Shown here: in pieces, positions 12,056 to 27,102 of the stretch
Position numbering within the stretch: position 1 is the first letter of the stretch
How the letters are laid out: every line of letters starts with the position of its first letter
NCBI GenBank assembly: GCA_951406725.2
Contig: OX597819.1
Span: 62,806,001-62,870,000 of the forward strand
From: Octopus vulgaris
Taxonomy: Eukaryota
Length of the DNA: 64,000 nt
Direction of reading: 5' to 3'
Translations under genes and position numbers: made by a program
The notes under the pieces: generated by a model
The model's database searches: none
What the model saw: the letters and a program-made list of their open reading frames with translations, nothing else
What the model was told of the DNA's origin: nothing

Positions 12056-14281
12056 ATATGTATATATATATTCTCATATATTTATATAAATATATAAACG
12101 AATGTATATATACATATATATAAACGGTCATATGTGTGTGTGTGTCTGTGTCTGTGTACATATATACACACAAACATTAACGACCTCACCAACCTTCCCT
12201 GAAGGTTTCACACCCGTCTCTAAAAGCTCTCCCCTAGATATTCTACTCACCAAACATAGCAACCATAAACACCTGGCAAAAACTTACTCAACTTTCCGAG
12301 GACCACCAAGCGATTATTTTCACAACACACATTGAATAAAGAAAGCTAAACACTGTTATAAATTTAAAATACAAACAAAAAGCTAATGGAATAAGTGCCG
12401 TCATGAAACAGAATGCAGGGTTTTAGAACTGTACAGCAACCCAATCACGAACACAGAGAAAGCTGTATGTACATTCATCGAGATAATTATAGACGCATCA
12501 AAAAGATGTATACCATAAAGCAACATCAAAACTACAACCCCATTTACACACTGGAAATAGAAATAGCAAACCTCATTAAAAGACCAGAGACAACTACAAA
12601 CATAATACCCCCAAACCATAGCATAAATAAAACCCAGCATCAAATAAATGGACGAGAAATTAAAAAATAGTAAACAAATAAATGTATCGTAAAAGAACAG
12701 AAAATTGGCAAACGTCTGTATCCAACATAAAACTATAAAACTGACAGTAACAACATCGACAACGTTAAAAACGGTCATACCGCACCCCATGTCCCCTTCC
12801 AAAGCTCCAATAATATACCTGTATTACAATACCTAAGATACTCTCTTGCAAGACACGTCTCAAAATTCAGCCAACATACACGAGCACACGCGCACAGCGA
12901 ACAGGAATGCGAAACTAAAATGTTCATCGAGCATCTAGATCGCGTGTTCGACCCCTTCCTTGCATCTAGCGCCTAAAAGGCAATAGTTTGGTTGCGAACA
13001 TCAAAATTCTAAAGGCCTGAGAGAACTACTTGAAAGAATTACTGGTCTCACAGAAGTCTATGACTGTACGTTCTAAAATACTTAAATTTCTACAATTTGG
13101 AAACTAGACGAAATTATAGTAAATTTTTTTGCCCGTTGTGAAAAACTTAAGATCCACCATGATACGATTCACTTGAAAAAAGTTCTTGAAAGACACATCG
13201 TTGGCATTATTAACCATTTAATACAAGTAATTCGTATCACAGTTCATGACTATTACACTAGTAACAAAGCTAACACAGAAAATACATAGTCTTCGGTAGC
13301 ATAAAAAATTAAAAAAAACACCTACGCGCACGCACACAAACATACACACACACATAAGTATATATGTATGTATGCATGTATGTATGTATGTATGTATGTA
13401 TGTATGTATGTTTGTGTGTGTGTGTTTATTGTAGCCTAATTGCCGAAATCTAGTCAACTTTGCACTAATAATAATTTTTTAAATGCCTGCATTGTGTGAT
13501 GTCTCATAGGTTTACATGAGGTACATATTTAAAAGTGAAAGCCATTAAGAGTACAGAGGGTAATTAACGAAATTGGATAATAGGGAAAAGGCCATAGACC
13601 TTGTATCGTCTTCATACTTTGGCATCACTGTAATAACATTTTTAAGGTAGGGATCAAGTCACACTTTTGTGGGTAGAGAGTTGAAAATTCCATGGACACC
13701 AGTATTTTACTGGAATATATTTCAGCGACACCATGCGGGATTTTCAAGCTCAGAGGATAAAGGTATCGACTAAATCCAATAGAAATTATATCCGTCGCTC
13801 AACAGATTCTACCAGACTATCATCCTCTTTCAAAGCATATCTCAAATAGCTTCAAAGAAGTGTAGTTGGATAAATTATAAGAGTTTTTATAGCAGGTATG
13901 TGTGTATGGTCACGAAGTTCACTTTGCAACTGTACATTTTGGGTTCGTTTCTTACTGGGGGGAAACAGTTGACAATTTTTTTTTTCATATAACCACGGGG
14001 GGACAAAGACCTTGTGACAGAATTCCGTGGACAGAAACTTTACAGAAACAGTTCGTATATAAATGAATACGTACAAACGTACGTAGGAACTAGCAATATC
14101 ACTTCGTGTTTCTTTTAATTTCCCCTATATTTGCTTTGTATTTCATAACTAGCAATACTACTACGTATAGTAGTTAGTGAAACACTACACAGGAAGCATA
14201 CAGGCATACGATAATGTACGTAGAGCTGTAAACATAACAGAAACAGTGGAAGGTCTATTTGTAAACACAAGACATACATAA

Positions 14282-14415
14282 GCGCAAGAGTGGCTGTGTG
14301 TTAACAAGCTTGCTTACCAGCCACATGGTTCTGGGTTCAGTCCCACTGCGCGGCACTTGAGCAAGTGTCTTCTACTATAGCCACGGGCCGAAGCGTGGCT
14401 GAAAGGAACCCGTTG

Positions 14416-14456
<41 letters not shown>

Positions 14457-14819
14457 GAGTATGTGTGTATGTGTGTGTGTTTGTGTGTCTGTTTTCGTCA
14501 GTTTCTCTACGCTGGACCTTGGGCAAGTGCTTTCTACTATAGCCTCGGGTTGACCACAGCCTTATGAGAGGATTTGGTAGACAGAAACTGAAAGAATCCC
14601 GCCGTATATATATATATGCATGTGTGTATATGCTTGTGTTTCGTGCCCCCAACATCGCTTCACAACTGATGCTGGTGTGTTTACGTTCGGCAAAAGAGAC
14701 CGCTAGAATAAGTACTAAGCTTACAAAGAATAAGTCCTGGGGTAGATTTGCTCGACTAAAGTCGGTGCTCCAGCATGGCCGCAGTCAAAATGACTGAAAC
14801 AAGTAAAAGAGTAAAAGAG
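14282..14819 (+). mobile_element. SINE family A (partly duplicated)
   Basis: Same head and tail as 4284-4665. Confidence 0.8.
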
Positions 14820-14874
<55 letters not shown>

Positions 14875-17144
14875 TTGTCTGAGTGTGTGTGAGTGTGTGT
14901 GTGTGTGTTCATGTTTCCGGCAAGCACTTTACAACTGGTATTGGTTTGTTTAAATCACCTGAACACGCCCGTTCTTCTACAAACATCTTTAGAATAAGTA
15001 ACAAACTTTAAAATAGAGAAATAGATCGATATGTTTGACTAAATCTTTGAAGGTAGTCTTCCAGTGTAGTCACAGTTCAATGACCGCAAGATGTAAATGA
15101 CAACAGCTATCCGATTCGTGCGAACATTTTATGTCCCTATAAACGCTTACTGTTTGGCAAAGCTACGTAAACCACATCAAACCAATTAGTATAAACGACA
15201 TGAAAAGCATACCATACCATGGTACAATTCTTTGTTCCTTCATTTTTTAATAATTAGTTTGTTGTTGATTCCACCGAGGTCGACCTTGTCTTTCATCATT
15301 TCGGGGTCGATAAATTAAGTACCAGTCGCGTACTGGGATCGATCTAATCGAGTGGCCCCCTCCCCCCAAATTTCGGGCTTTGTGCCAAAGGTAGAAAAGA
15401 ATAATTAATTTGTTATTGGTTTGTATTGAATAAAAGTCAAGCCTCGAGGTTGATTGTTTTTTTGTTGCGAAGACAATGACGTCACGTATTGCAGTAATTT
15501 TATCCAGAAAGTCACGAAAATCATACAATCCCAGATCTAGAAAGGATTTCTCTCCCCTCCCTCCAACACTCTGCTTCTTTACTGAGGGCTTAATGAAACA
15601 GACAGATCATAATTTCGAAGTAGCTGGTGAAACAAAACAAAGTAACGATGGATTAACAATTCAGATTATGTCAGCTTAAATAAATAAAAGAATAAAAGAA
15701 TTTTTTATATCGAACAACGATATCGACATTCAGTATTAAGAACGCCAGAAATCCGGAATAAAAAAAAAATAAAAGCTATGTACAAACTTATAGTAAAGTA
15801 AAAAAAAAAATATCGTGTTTTATTGAAGCGATATGAAATTGAATAGTTCTTAACAAAAGCTCATTCAGCTACTTGTTAAACTCGTACTCAATCGGCATTT
15901 GGTTTCTAGATATATCGATGTTAAAAAATATAATAAAATAACAATATAAGAGACGAATTAAAGTCTTGTAATTTAAAATAAAAATAATAGCAGCAGCAGC
16001 AGCAGCAACAACAACAGCAAAAAAAAAACAGTAACAACATTAATAATAATTATTATTATTATTAATGCTATTAACATTATCATCGTTATTATTTTCATTA
16101 TTATGTTAGACCAAAGATAGGGCAAATAAATCTCGTTTACCGGAAGTGAACCAGAAGAGATATTATATATACATACGCACATAAAAACACACGCAGAAAC
16201 ACAGACATGTGCTTGTACATAGATACATACATACACATACAAACTTTATGCATTTTTTTCTTCATTTTTACCATAATTTTTTTTTCATAGAAAAATCTGC
16301 CAAGTGGTATCGAGAGTATGACTATATTCTATACCAAATAAAAGAAGCAGACGATAAAAGAAGGGGGAACAATAAAATGAATATCAAAACAAAAATTACG
16401 TTTGCACAAACTGGTTAACTCGCAAGCAAGAAACAGAAACATGTCGGCAATAAGAGCCATTCTTGCGTTCCGAATTTTTTTTATATATGTTTTTAACTCT
16501 TACATTTATTTAGATTTATTTTTACATTTTGTTTGGTTGTTTTTTTGTTTATTTTGGTAGCTATAAATTTATTTTTTCTGCTCCTTTTTTTTTCTATTAC
16601 CAAATCTTTATTTTAATTTTTTTTTTTATTTCTTTTTCGCAATGCCAAGTTTAACATTGTTGTTGTTATTGCTGTTGCTACAGTTGCTTTTGTTGTTGTT
16701 GTTGTTCATGTAGATGATGATGATGATGATGCAATTGCGTCGCCGGAAAATGGTGTGGAAAGTTTGTATCAAGCTATGGAAACAGAAACGATGCCATTAA
16801 GAGATTAAAGCTCAAACTTTCCAACGAAGAACAGGGAATAAAAAAAAAAAGGAGATGAAAAGCTTTATATGGAGCCTAAGAAAAAGGAAAGAAACACACG
16901 CAGACACACACTAAAGAGAAAGAGATATACATAAGAATCACAGAACCATGTACACACACACGTACACACAAATACTCACGCGAACACATACACACACATA
17001 TATGTATATACATACAAAATACCCGTATTCAAACATATATATGCATGCATATACATATACATATATATGTGTGTTTGTGTGTCTGTGTATTGACACACGC
17101 CACATATATACGTATATATACATATACATACATAACTATTATAA

Positions 17145-17183
<39 letters not shown>

Positions 17184-17192
17184 GTATGTATG

Positions 17193-17223
<31 letters not shown>

Positions 17224-17307
17224 ATATATATATATATATATATACATATATCTATATGCATATATGCATATATACACATATACATACATATATGTAGGTA
17301 TGTATAT

Positions 17308-17373
<66 letters not shown>

Positions 17374-17930
17374 ACATACACACTCTAATATACAAAGCAT
17401 ACGGATGAAAAACCAACATTTACATATAATACACAGTAGTGAAAAAACGACCAAAGTCACTCAGATGCACACACATAAACTTACACACGCACACACACAT
17501 ACACACACACGCACACATACACACACATATATGTACGCGCACATGCTTACATACAATTACACGCTACTTAGATGTACACAGCTATATATCAAGAGAGAAA
17601 TCTGAAGTATGCAACAGGCACACACAATGCAAATACGCATGGCCATGTATATATATATATATATTATATATATATATGAACATATATATGTATACCGCAT
17701 ACACAAACACACATTCACGCACATCGCGCACGCACAAACGGAAATAGTTACATATTTACACAGACATATTCTTATACAGTAGTCTTACACGATATATTAG
17801 CATGAAAATATGTAGTAAATATCTCATGAAAAACAGAATTATAATAAGAATATGATAAATATGCAGTAAATCTGTAAGATACAATTTCATACCTATACAT
17901 ATACATACAGATACGTATATATACATAGGT

Positions 17931-17995
<65 letters not shown>

Positions 17996-18184
17996 CATAT
18001 GTGTGTATATGTATGCGTATTTTTGTTTACGTAATAGTATATATGAAAACACGCACATACTTTGTGAAAAAAACATGAAAACAAGCCACAAGCATAAATA
18101 TTTGAAGATGAAAAATGTGTCTTATGAGTACTGTACACTCACATAGAATAATTGAACGAAAAGTTGAATGAAGGAATCTAATTA

Positions 18185-18273
18185 TAATGATGACGGTGAT
18201 GGTGGTGATGATGATGATGGTCATGGTGATGGTGTTGGTGATAATGATGGTGGTGGTGGTGGTGGTGATGACT

Positions 18274-18313
<40 letters not shown>

Positions 18314-18484
18314 CGACGGTGATGAAGCCAACGACGGCCATGTTGGCGTAGTAGTTGTTGGTGGTGATGGAGGGTGATCGTGCAGAGAGAGTAGAAATGG
18401 TGATGTCGAGGATGATGATTAAAATGATGGTGATGATGACGAAGACGACAACGATGATGATGACGACGACGACGACGACGATAT

Positions 18485-18525
<41 letters not shown>

Positions 18526-18545
18526 AATGATGATGATGATGATTT
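18185..18545. repeat. (GAT/GGT/GAC)n microsatellite
   Basis: Seen directly. Confidence 0.9.
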
Positions 18546-18919
18546 ACGAGGAGGGATAAGACGGGAGGAAAGTAGTCGAAAAGGAAAAGGGGTAGCAGCA
18601 GGAGGTGGAGGAAAGAATAAAGAAGAAAGATAACGACGTTTGGAATTGCAGAGGAAGTGATGGACAAGATGTAAAAGAATGAAAAAAGACGGATAGGGGA
18701 AGAAAAATGAAAATTTTAAAAGACTGAAAAGAAGAAAAAAGTTTGCTTGTTTATTTACTCTTAAGATATTTTGAAGACATGATGTGTTCAAACGTTTTAT
18801 ATTTGAGCTCAACAACTACTGGTTGTGCATGTTTAGCTTCAATTCAACTGTGATCCGGTAGCCCGATGATTGAATTAATTCCAGTATTTTCCCGTTTCGA
18901 CGTTTTTACTTTAATATAT

Positions 18920-19085
18920 AGGCACAGGAGTGGCTGTGTAGTAAAGGAGCTTGCTTACCAACCACAGGATTCCGGATTCAGTCCCACTGCGTGACACCTT
19001 GGTCATGTGACTCCTACTATAGCCTCGGGACGACCAAAGCCTTGTGAGTGGATTTGGTAGACGGAAACTAAAAGAAGTCTGTCGT
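18920..19085 (+). mobile_element. SINE family A, 5' half
   Basis: Same tRNA-like head as the other family A copies. Confidence 0.8.
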
Positions 19086-19089
19086 GTAT

Positions 19090-19167
<78 letters not shown>

Positions 19168-19191
19168 GTGTGTATGTATGTGTCTGTGTGT

Positions 19192-19430
19192 GTGAAGTCG
19201 CGTGGCTCAGTGATTAGAGCGTTGAGCTTACGATCACGAGGTTGTGAGTTCGAATCCCGGACCGGGCTTCGTGTTGTGTTCTTGAGCAAGACACTTTGTT
19301 TCACGCTGCTCCAGTTCACTCAGCTGTAGAAATGAGTTGCGACGTCAAAGGTGCCAAGCTGTATCTGCCTTTGTCCTTCCCTTGGATAACACTGGTGGCG
19401 TGGAGAGGGGAGGCTAGTATGGATGGGCGG
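19192..19430 (+). mobile_element. SINE family B
   Basis: tRNA-like head TGGCTCAGTGATTAGAGCG...GAGTTCGAATCCC. Confidence 0.8.
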
Positions 19431-19480
19431 CTTTGCCGAGGTCGACTTTTCCTTTCATCCTTTCGGGGTCGATTAAATAA

Positions 19481-20386
19481 GTAGGAGAGTCTAATGGTGC
19501 TCTTATTAAGGATTGTATAGTATTTATGTTGGGTGGGGAAGTGTTTTTGTAAGAGAGTGAAGAAAATTTTAGCTACAGGTGTTGAGACTTCACGGTTGAA
19601 GGGGGGTTGTACCAGTTAATATCTCTTCGCCTATTATTCTTGGGTGGGCGTGGGGCTATGCTAATGTAGGTGATCTTATCTCTAAAGCCACTGCGGGCCA
19701 GGGCCTCGTTGTAATAGGGGGCTGCGGCATTAAAGATATCCTCGGTGGCAGAGAGGCTAGATATCCTAATGGAGACACTTTTCATTAGGTTGTCTAATAT
19801 ATTTTTGGGGTGGTTAGAATTAATGTCTATGTATCTAAGGGATTCATTAGGTTTATGGTACGGGTAATAAAGGGAGGTTTCTAAATTGAGGGTAACGTCC
19901 AGGAAGTTAGCTTTGGTTAAGTTCGAATCTAAGGTAATCCTAAGGCCTAAGTTTTTAAAAAAAAGTGTAAAGGTTTTTCCGGAACCCATCCGTGGTCCTG
20001 GGGTTTACTTTGTGGAGGGCAAAAAGGCCATCATCGCGGTAGAGACCACTGGAGAGGCCTGTGAATAGGGTCTTCAACCCATGGAAGATGAATAGGCCCA
20101 CAAGGTCACTTATTTCAGCCGAGTCGCTAGCACCCATGCTGACGTCGAAGGGGGTCTCGGATTTTTTGTTGATCCAGTGGGATCCGTCATGGTAAAGAAA
20201 GGTCTTACGTGCATGGAGGATCACATCCTGCTCGGCTTCGGTGATGGTGGAGAAGGTCCTAGCGAAGTTAATCGCGTCAATCAGCAGGCGATATAGAGGC
20301 GTAATATTCCTCGATATATAATTGAAGGAAGCGGGTGTTGCTCTTGTCAGGTAAATCCCGGAACCAAGTTATTGCCTCGGAAGTCC
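19481..20386 (-). pseudogene. Naiad-type Penelope-like element RT fragment (frameshifted)
   Basis: Joined minus-strand frames read WFRDLPDKS...HARKTFLY...FDVSMGASDSAEISDLVG...GLYRDDGL...NFLDVTLNL...SNHP...WYNPP(F)N...RLSY; paralogous to 42363-43700. Confidence 0.85.
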
Positions 20387-20681
20387 TTTATTCATTTATT
20401 TATTTTCTCACTGATTCAAAAACACTCTGGCCTTTTGACCACTCCCCTAAGAACAATAGCTTGTGCCCTGTTTATCTCCTAAATACCAACCTACCCAAAA
20501 AACGTCCCCCCTGCCACCACCACTCCATTAAATCTGCCTAAATCCATAAATACCAGAACTTATTTTGACAGCCAGCTTCCTGAAGATTTCATCTGAATGA
20601 AACAGTTCTAGTCCTGTAGAAGCTCCTTCTATAAAATAAATAAATATATATATATATATCTACATATATATCTACATACAA

Positions 20682-20846
20682 ACGACAGGTTCCTTTCTGT
20701 TTTCGTCTACCAAATCCACTCACAAGGCTTTGGTAGGTCCAAGGTTATAGTAGAAGACACTTGTCTGAGGTGCCACGCAGTGGGATTGAACCCGGAACCA
20801 TGTGGTTGGGAAACAAATTTCTTACCTTACAGCCACTCGTGTGCCT
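20682..20846 (-). mobile_element. SINE family A, 5' half
   Basis: Reverse complement of the family A head. Confidence 0.75.
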
Positions 20847-22513
20847 ATCTATGATAAAATAGATCCAACGATTTTTTGTATGATGATCTTTCAGACATTA
20901 GCTGTCTTAAACATGTGTTCTCTTCAAGAAACTAGCAGAGAGAAAGATTCTGAATCTAATACAATTAAGTGCAGGATCACCTTAATGATAGATTGAATTG
21001 GAATCGATAAAGAAATTTTTAGAATTATTTCGTTCAAATCCTAGCATCAGACATGGACATTTTTCCAGTCGACCACCACAATCTTATGCTTACGCTGTAG
21101 TCTCTGTATTCTATAAGCTTTAAAAATAAAAAAGATTTTGATTTTGTAAGTATGCCGAAGACCTGAGATAAGTAATCAATGGCGATTATAATCTCAGAGT
21201 GGATCACAGATCCTCGTAAGCATGAATTGAATGAATTTTTAAGCTTTTGCACTTTATGATGGAAGCCTGAATTCTACATGTTTACAGGAAACGGGTCTGT
21301 AGGAAACTTTTAATTCCATGATAGATCTGTTAACACAAGAAGCACAAATGAATATTGGTTGCAGCCTGGAGGTTAGTGCTGATAAAACAAGAACCATAAC
21401 ATTGATGGCAGTCTGGAGTTTATTTGAATACATCTTGGTTTATCGCTAGAATGCGCTCTTTTGTACTTGAGGGAAAATTTGGAACCATTACAGAAAAAGC
21501 GATTAACTCTCAAAAGAAAGAAAATATATTTAGAAAACATAAAAGATAGCATATCTATTGTCAGGTCCATCCCATTTATCCACCATTCCACACTCCATTT
21601 CAAACTGAGCTTATGTGTTATCTATCTTCATAGAAGCTGCTTTTAATATTTGATGAAGAAATTCAGCGATTTTGAAAGATGCCAAATTAGAGGCCTCAGT
21701 TCCTATTAGACTATTTATCAGTTGTATCATCAAATATTCATTATTCTCGTTGACATTTAGAGAAGAGAGAAAAACTTACAGATTACGCATCTATTGTAAA
21801 AGTCAAGAAAGGTCTTCCGGTAACCCATTGACTTTAAAACAACCATAAGCTATTCTAGTGAGTCTTTTACTTAATACCTATGAAAAAATGAGTTGCAGGC
21901 TGAGATTTAAAATGAATTTTTTTTTCATTTATATCCCATCTACTCTCTGGAGAGACAAGATATTGTAAGGGACAACAATATCGAAAGTTTCAGAAAAAGA
22001 TATCTCTGTCATGAAAAGAAAATGCCAAGGCAAATTCAGTTCAGATTTGTTGGGGTTGGGTGTAGGGTGGCGTTATTGTTCTTTAATATTACGAAACTGG
22101 CAGCGAGATGGCCAAACCGTTAGTGCGCCAGAAATATTGCTTAGCGGTATCTCTTCCGACATTACGTTCTGAGTTCCAATGCCGCTGGTGTCAACTTCTA
22201 CAAAATAAGTACCAATCACGCACTGGGTTCCATGTAATTGACTTGCACCCTCTCTTACAATTCTGTCAAAATGTGAAACGAGTACCAAACAGAGCCTCAT
22301 AAATAGAGCTGAAGAATAACGCAGCAGAAATTTATTTTGCAAGAAATACGTGCAATAAAGTATTAAATTCAGCGGTTCAGCAAAAGAGAGAGCGATAAAA
22401 TAAGTACTAGGCTTCCAAAGGATAAATTCTGGGGTCGATTTGCTCGACTAAAGGTGGTGCTTCAGCATGACCGCAGTCAAATGACTGAAGCAAGTAAAAG
22501 AGAGTAATTAGAT

Positions 22514-22618
<105 letters not shown>

Positions 22619-23684
22619 GACCATTAAGATGATCTTGAGTATTTCGTTCTCAGCAAAGCGATCACATAGGATTTGGAAAATGACTTCTACACCAACTTTT
22701 GAAGTCATCATTGACGCTCAATCTCCTACTCATGAAAATATATAATTACTAATTAATTTTATAAGAATATAACATTATTTTATAATATAAATTATTTAAA
22801 AATATTTTTTTTTGTAACAGGTATATTCCTTATGATTTATAATGTTGAAGAAAAAAAATGGAATTTAAAAAAATATTAACTGTGTTTTTTAAGTTATGAA
22901 AGTAAATGTAATAATTAAAGTAGAAGCGTTGCCTGAAGAAACGTAGACTAGAATAAAAATGCTGGCGCAGAGTCCTGGAATATTTCTAAGTACTGAACCT
23001 GGGAAAGTAGAGTACATGTAGTAATTAAGTATGGAAAAATACAGGACAAGGTGAAATAAACTTAAACTATTGGTGCTGGAATTAGAATTTGTTAAATAAA
23101 TTTCTGAAATTACTCATGAAACAGCGTTTCATAAATTGTTTTTTTTGTATATTTGTTTGGCTTTTTATTGTAATTTAAAAAAATTAGTTAACCAGCGGGA
23201 CCAGTGAATATTTCACGGAAGCTTATTGGGTTATTCCTGAAAACTTTACCAGTAAAACCTGAAAGCGTAGCCTGTGTTGTGTCTGTATAGATAGTCGTAG
23301 CTCATCTGCTATTCATTGAAAAATAAAGCAAATTGGACTTCGACGATGACTTAATGCACCTTATGTAGAGTTTATATAATTTATGCGCAATTTTTGTAGA
23401 CATAATACACAGCAGTCATGAAATAAACATTCACTCTTATTTTTCTCTTTTATCCATAAAGAGAAAAAAATTACATTTTAAAATTTACATGGTTACAATT
23501 TCATATCTAGAAAACAAATTTTTATAGTAAAAAAAATTATTTTATGTGCAAAATATAGGGGTCACAATTTCACGGGGATAAAAATTTAATGCAACACGAC
23601 ATACACTGAAAAGCACATCGTTGATATCTTATAAGCCAAGTCGATGGGTCGGAGCCAATACATATTTCAGTTTGCGTATACCTT

Positions 23685-23958
23685 TCAATCCAATACTTCT
23701 TTGTAGAATATGTTCTTTGTGTAAGTTCCCCCTCTTCCTTTCCCTTGTTTGTCAGTGTTGCTAACTTTAACTCTCATATTAGATAATACGTGAGCCCTTG
23801 AGAATGCAATATATAGATGACCATGGTCGAATACAGGTTCAGATAAGAACATCCCCACTTTATCTGCCTTTGTGATTTATTGACAGTCATTACATATGAC
23901 AGGTGAAGAGGAAACTGGTTTCTTTCTGAAATGAATGGCAAGTCTGGGATGCGCATGC
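23685..23958 (-). pseudogene. Helitron PIF1-like helicase C-terminal relic
   Basis: RNQFPLHLSYVMTVNKSQ, then after a frameshift KVGMFLSEPVFDHGHLYIAFSRA, and finally TKNIFYKEVLD*; matches PIF1 helicase motifs V/VI and the Helitron C-terminus. Confidence 0.8.
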
Positions 23959-24861
23959 ATTAAAATATAGGTGATATAAAAAACTTAGTTCAATTTAAAA
24001 CAAAATTTTTCACTATGCAGTCACCACCACCACCAGCGCCACCGCCACCACCACCACCACCATCACCACCACTATCATCATCATCATCTCTCTCTCTCTT
24101 TTTTTCCCCCTTTCTTTAATCTCACCGTCAGAACATCACTCCTCTGATAGAATTATATTCCAAATTCTACTCTATATCACTACCCTCAACTAACATTTTT
24201 AACCACAAATAAATATTACGTTCCCCCGACCACAACTCATTGATGTTTCTCTCTCCCTCTTTCTGTCTCACTCTTCGCCTTATCCTTTTTCTCTTTCCCT
24301 CTTTTCTTTCCCTCTTTTTTTTTCTCTAATCACGTGAAAGCGTTACTGTCGGGCTAACTAACATAATGAAAAGCAGAGTTATTATATGATAATTTTAATT
24401 TTAAAATTTCTTTGAATTAAGCTAAACTATTTCTAACTAATTTTTATCATATTAAATTTTAAATCACAGATATTGTTATAAAATGAAACTGATAGAGAAT
24501 ATATATAATTCAAATCAGTAATGTAGAGTAAAGAAATTACTATAAAGAAAGAAAAGAATAAATTTCTTTGAAGTTTGCATAATGAGGTAACAAAGAGTTT
24601 ATATTTACAGTTAGAAAAATATTAAAAAAACAAAACAAAACTAATGAACAAATTGATTGTAAAATCCAGAAATTATTCTCTAGGCATTTTAAACATATTT
24701 AAGGGTTATAATTGTCAATGTTGGTTAAGTTGCTATTGTGTGTGTGTTTTTTTAATGTATAAATTTGTAATATAAAATATATTTGATGTGTAAACTTGCA
24801 GGCAATTAATCTTTACTCTGAACTGAAAATAAATACATTCTTGAGCATTTTAATAGAAACC

Positions 24862-24913
<52 letters not shown>

Positions 24914-25007
24914 ATATATATATATATGTATATCTATCTATCTATATATAAATATATATATATACATATATATATATGTGTGTGTGTATGTATATATATA
25001 TATTTGT

Positions 25008-25039
<32 letters not shown>

Positions 25040-25310
25040 GGAAAACTAGGAGAAGAAAATGGGGAATAAAAAGAGGTAATTACTGATTACTGACGTTTTG
25101 TTTAAAAAATAAAATATCATTTTTCTACAGCAGCCATTTATTCTACATTTACTTTTCCCTGTTTACCCACAAATATTGAAAATTTCAATAATCCTAAACA
25201 TATGCAAATGGCTTTACCATTACATAATACGGATTGAACCAGTGGAATACCTTGGGTTAAATAATATCTCATGCGAACTTAACTTCCTCGAATGAACTAT
25301 ATATATATAA

Positions 25311-25648
25311 GTAAAGACCATCCCTTCGGTCACAATTGACCATGGGATTGTGGGATTGCACCAACAAATTTCCTTTCTGAGGCACAAGGTTTTTTGTGGA
25401 AGACCAGCAGTCACCCACGCATACCAGGATCTCCTCTCTACTTTACGGATGTTATCCAAGAGAAAGACAAAAGCTGATATTGCTTGGCAACTATAACGTC
25501 GCAAATCATTTCTACGGCTGATTGAACTGGCGCAAAGAAAAATGAAGTTTCTTGCCCAAGAGCACAACGCTCTACCTGGTTCGGGAATCGTACTCACAAT
25601 CTCACGATTGTAAAAGCGATGCTCTAACCACTGAGCCATGCGCCTTCA
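25311..25648 (-). mobile_element. SINE family B
   Basis: Similar to 9870-10195. Confidence 0.8.
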
Positions 25649-26482
25649 AAAGCAGACACACACACACACACTCACGTATGTATGTATGCGCGTACGTATG
25701 AATACATGTATGTATAGTTTTAGTGATGCAAACAGGAAATAGAACTCAAAACATGGGAACAAACACGTATTTTCATTAATAATCTGCAACAGTTACAGAG
25801 TTTCCTGTGTTGGCGTCTATCAAACTGGTTAGAAATTAAAGGGTCATATCAGTGATAATGGCATTTTCCTGGAATGTTCTGGAACAAATTATAAAAGCAA
25901 TTACATGCCGTGTATAGTGCATATTTTTCAAATTACTTGCCCGTTACACCATTCAATAAAGAAACATATAAAAGAACGTGCGTGATAAAGTGTGAAGATA
26001 GGTATGTGTATGTGTGTGTAATCCTGTACATACTGTATTTATATTCACTGGCGCTGTTACATGTATAAATATACGTATATATCTTAATTTCCTTTATTTC
26101 TTTATTTCTGTATTTATTCAGCAGAGTAATAGACAAGGCACGAAACTCTCGCCCCTTAAATCACTCGGTGACGTCGGCCCGTTATTGATAATAGACATAT
26201 ACGGGTTTGGGGCTGAGGGGTGTGTGTGCTGAAATCTTCCTGGAGGGTCCAGGAGGGTCAGTTAGTTATGATTTATTCAACATATTCTCTACTCAGATTA
26301 ACTCACTTATTACGGCAGTACTTAGGTTTTTCAAAGACCTGTGAAGATATTCGGCAAGTTGACCCTCTTTCTCCAGATCTTTCACGATACCCTTAAAGCC
26401 AGGAACTCTCCAGCACGCCACGATATTACACACACACACACACACTCACACACACACACATATATATATATATATACATATT

Positions 26483-27102
26483 TACTGGGTGCGATGGTTA
26501 AATTTGTCGCCATTTTATATTTTTTTATTTCGCCCATGCGTATTGCCTGTTGTAGATTTTGCCGACTACATAGTATTGAAGGGTCAGTCGGACACCGTCT
26601 GTGAGAAAAACAGTAGTATGTCGCAATTCACTCTGTCAGAAATTTGGAAGCGACATATTGTACTGCTTGGCATTCGCCCCGGAAGCTTCAATGCGAACAT
26701 TTCAGAGTGTTTGGGTGTCAATCTGAGGAGAGTGCAATATGAGGACAGATATTGATAAAAATCAAACATCCAGTCATCATCACTAGTGATGGAAACGTTA
26801 TGCCTCCATTCACCTTCCCGCACGGTCTGAGATTTAACATGGTGGCCTACATGAACTGAAGGCAATAATTATGGCAGCATTCACTAACTTAAACAAGGAA
26901 ACCATCTAGAAGAATTTCAGGAGATTCCAAAGTCGTGTGGAGACCGTGATTTTCAAGCCAATAGCAAATTTATTAGATAAATTTACTCTTTAGTATTTCA
27001 AGATATTTTTATGTAATTTTGGTAAGTATATCTGTTAAAATGAGATGTCAGTGTTATTTTCATTTTTGTGTAAGTTAGACGACAGTTTATTCACCCCTCC
27101 CC
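26483..27102 (+). mobile_element. Internally deleted Tc1/mariner-superfamily (maT/DD37D-like) transposon
   Basis: KIKHPV..ITSDGNVMPPFTFPHGLRFN remnant at about 26755-26850; imperfect terminal inverted repeats. Confidence 0.55.

Noticed and set aside
11300-12900. A-rich, strand-biased sequence resembling decayed retroelement ORFs (also about 32440-32760 and 39640-40100)
   Set aside because: No diagnostic motif could be read with confidence
19192-19270. Genuine tRNA gene
   Set aside because: The tRNA-like head continues into a repeated SINE body, and the acceptor stem is not intact
20880-21900. Possible ancient PLE RT relic on the minus strand (INSLIGT..KIAEFLHQILK)
   Set aside because: Only one weak motif is recognisable; a BLASTX search is needed
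25790-25827. Minus-strand HHR-like remnant (CAGT-TTGATAG...GAAA-CTCTG-TA-ACTG)
   Set aside because: Core and stems II/III are too degenerate to support; possibly a decayed copy
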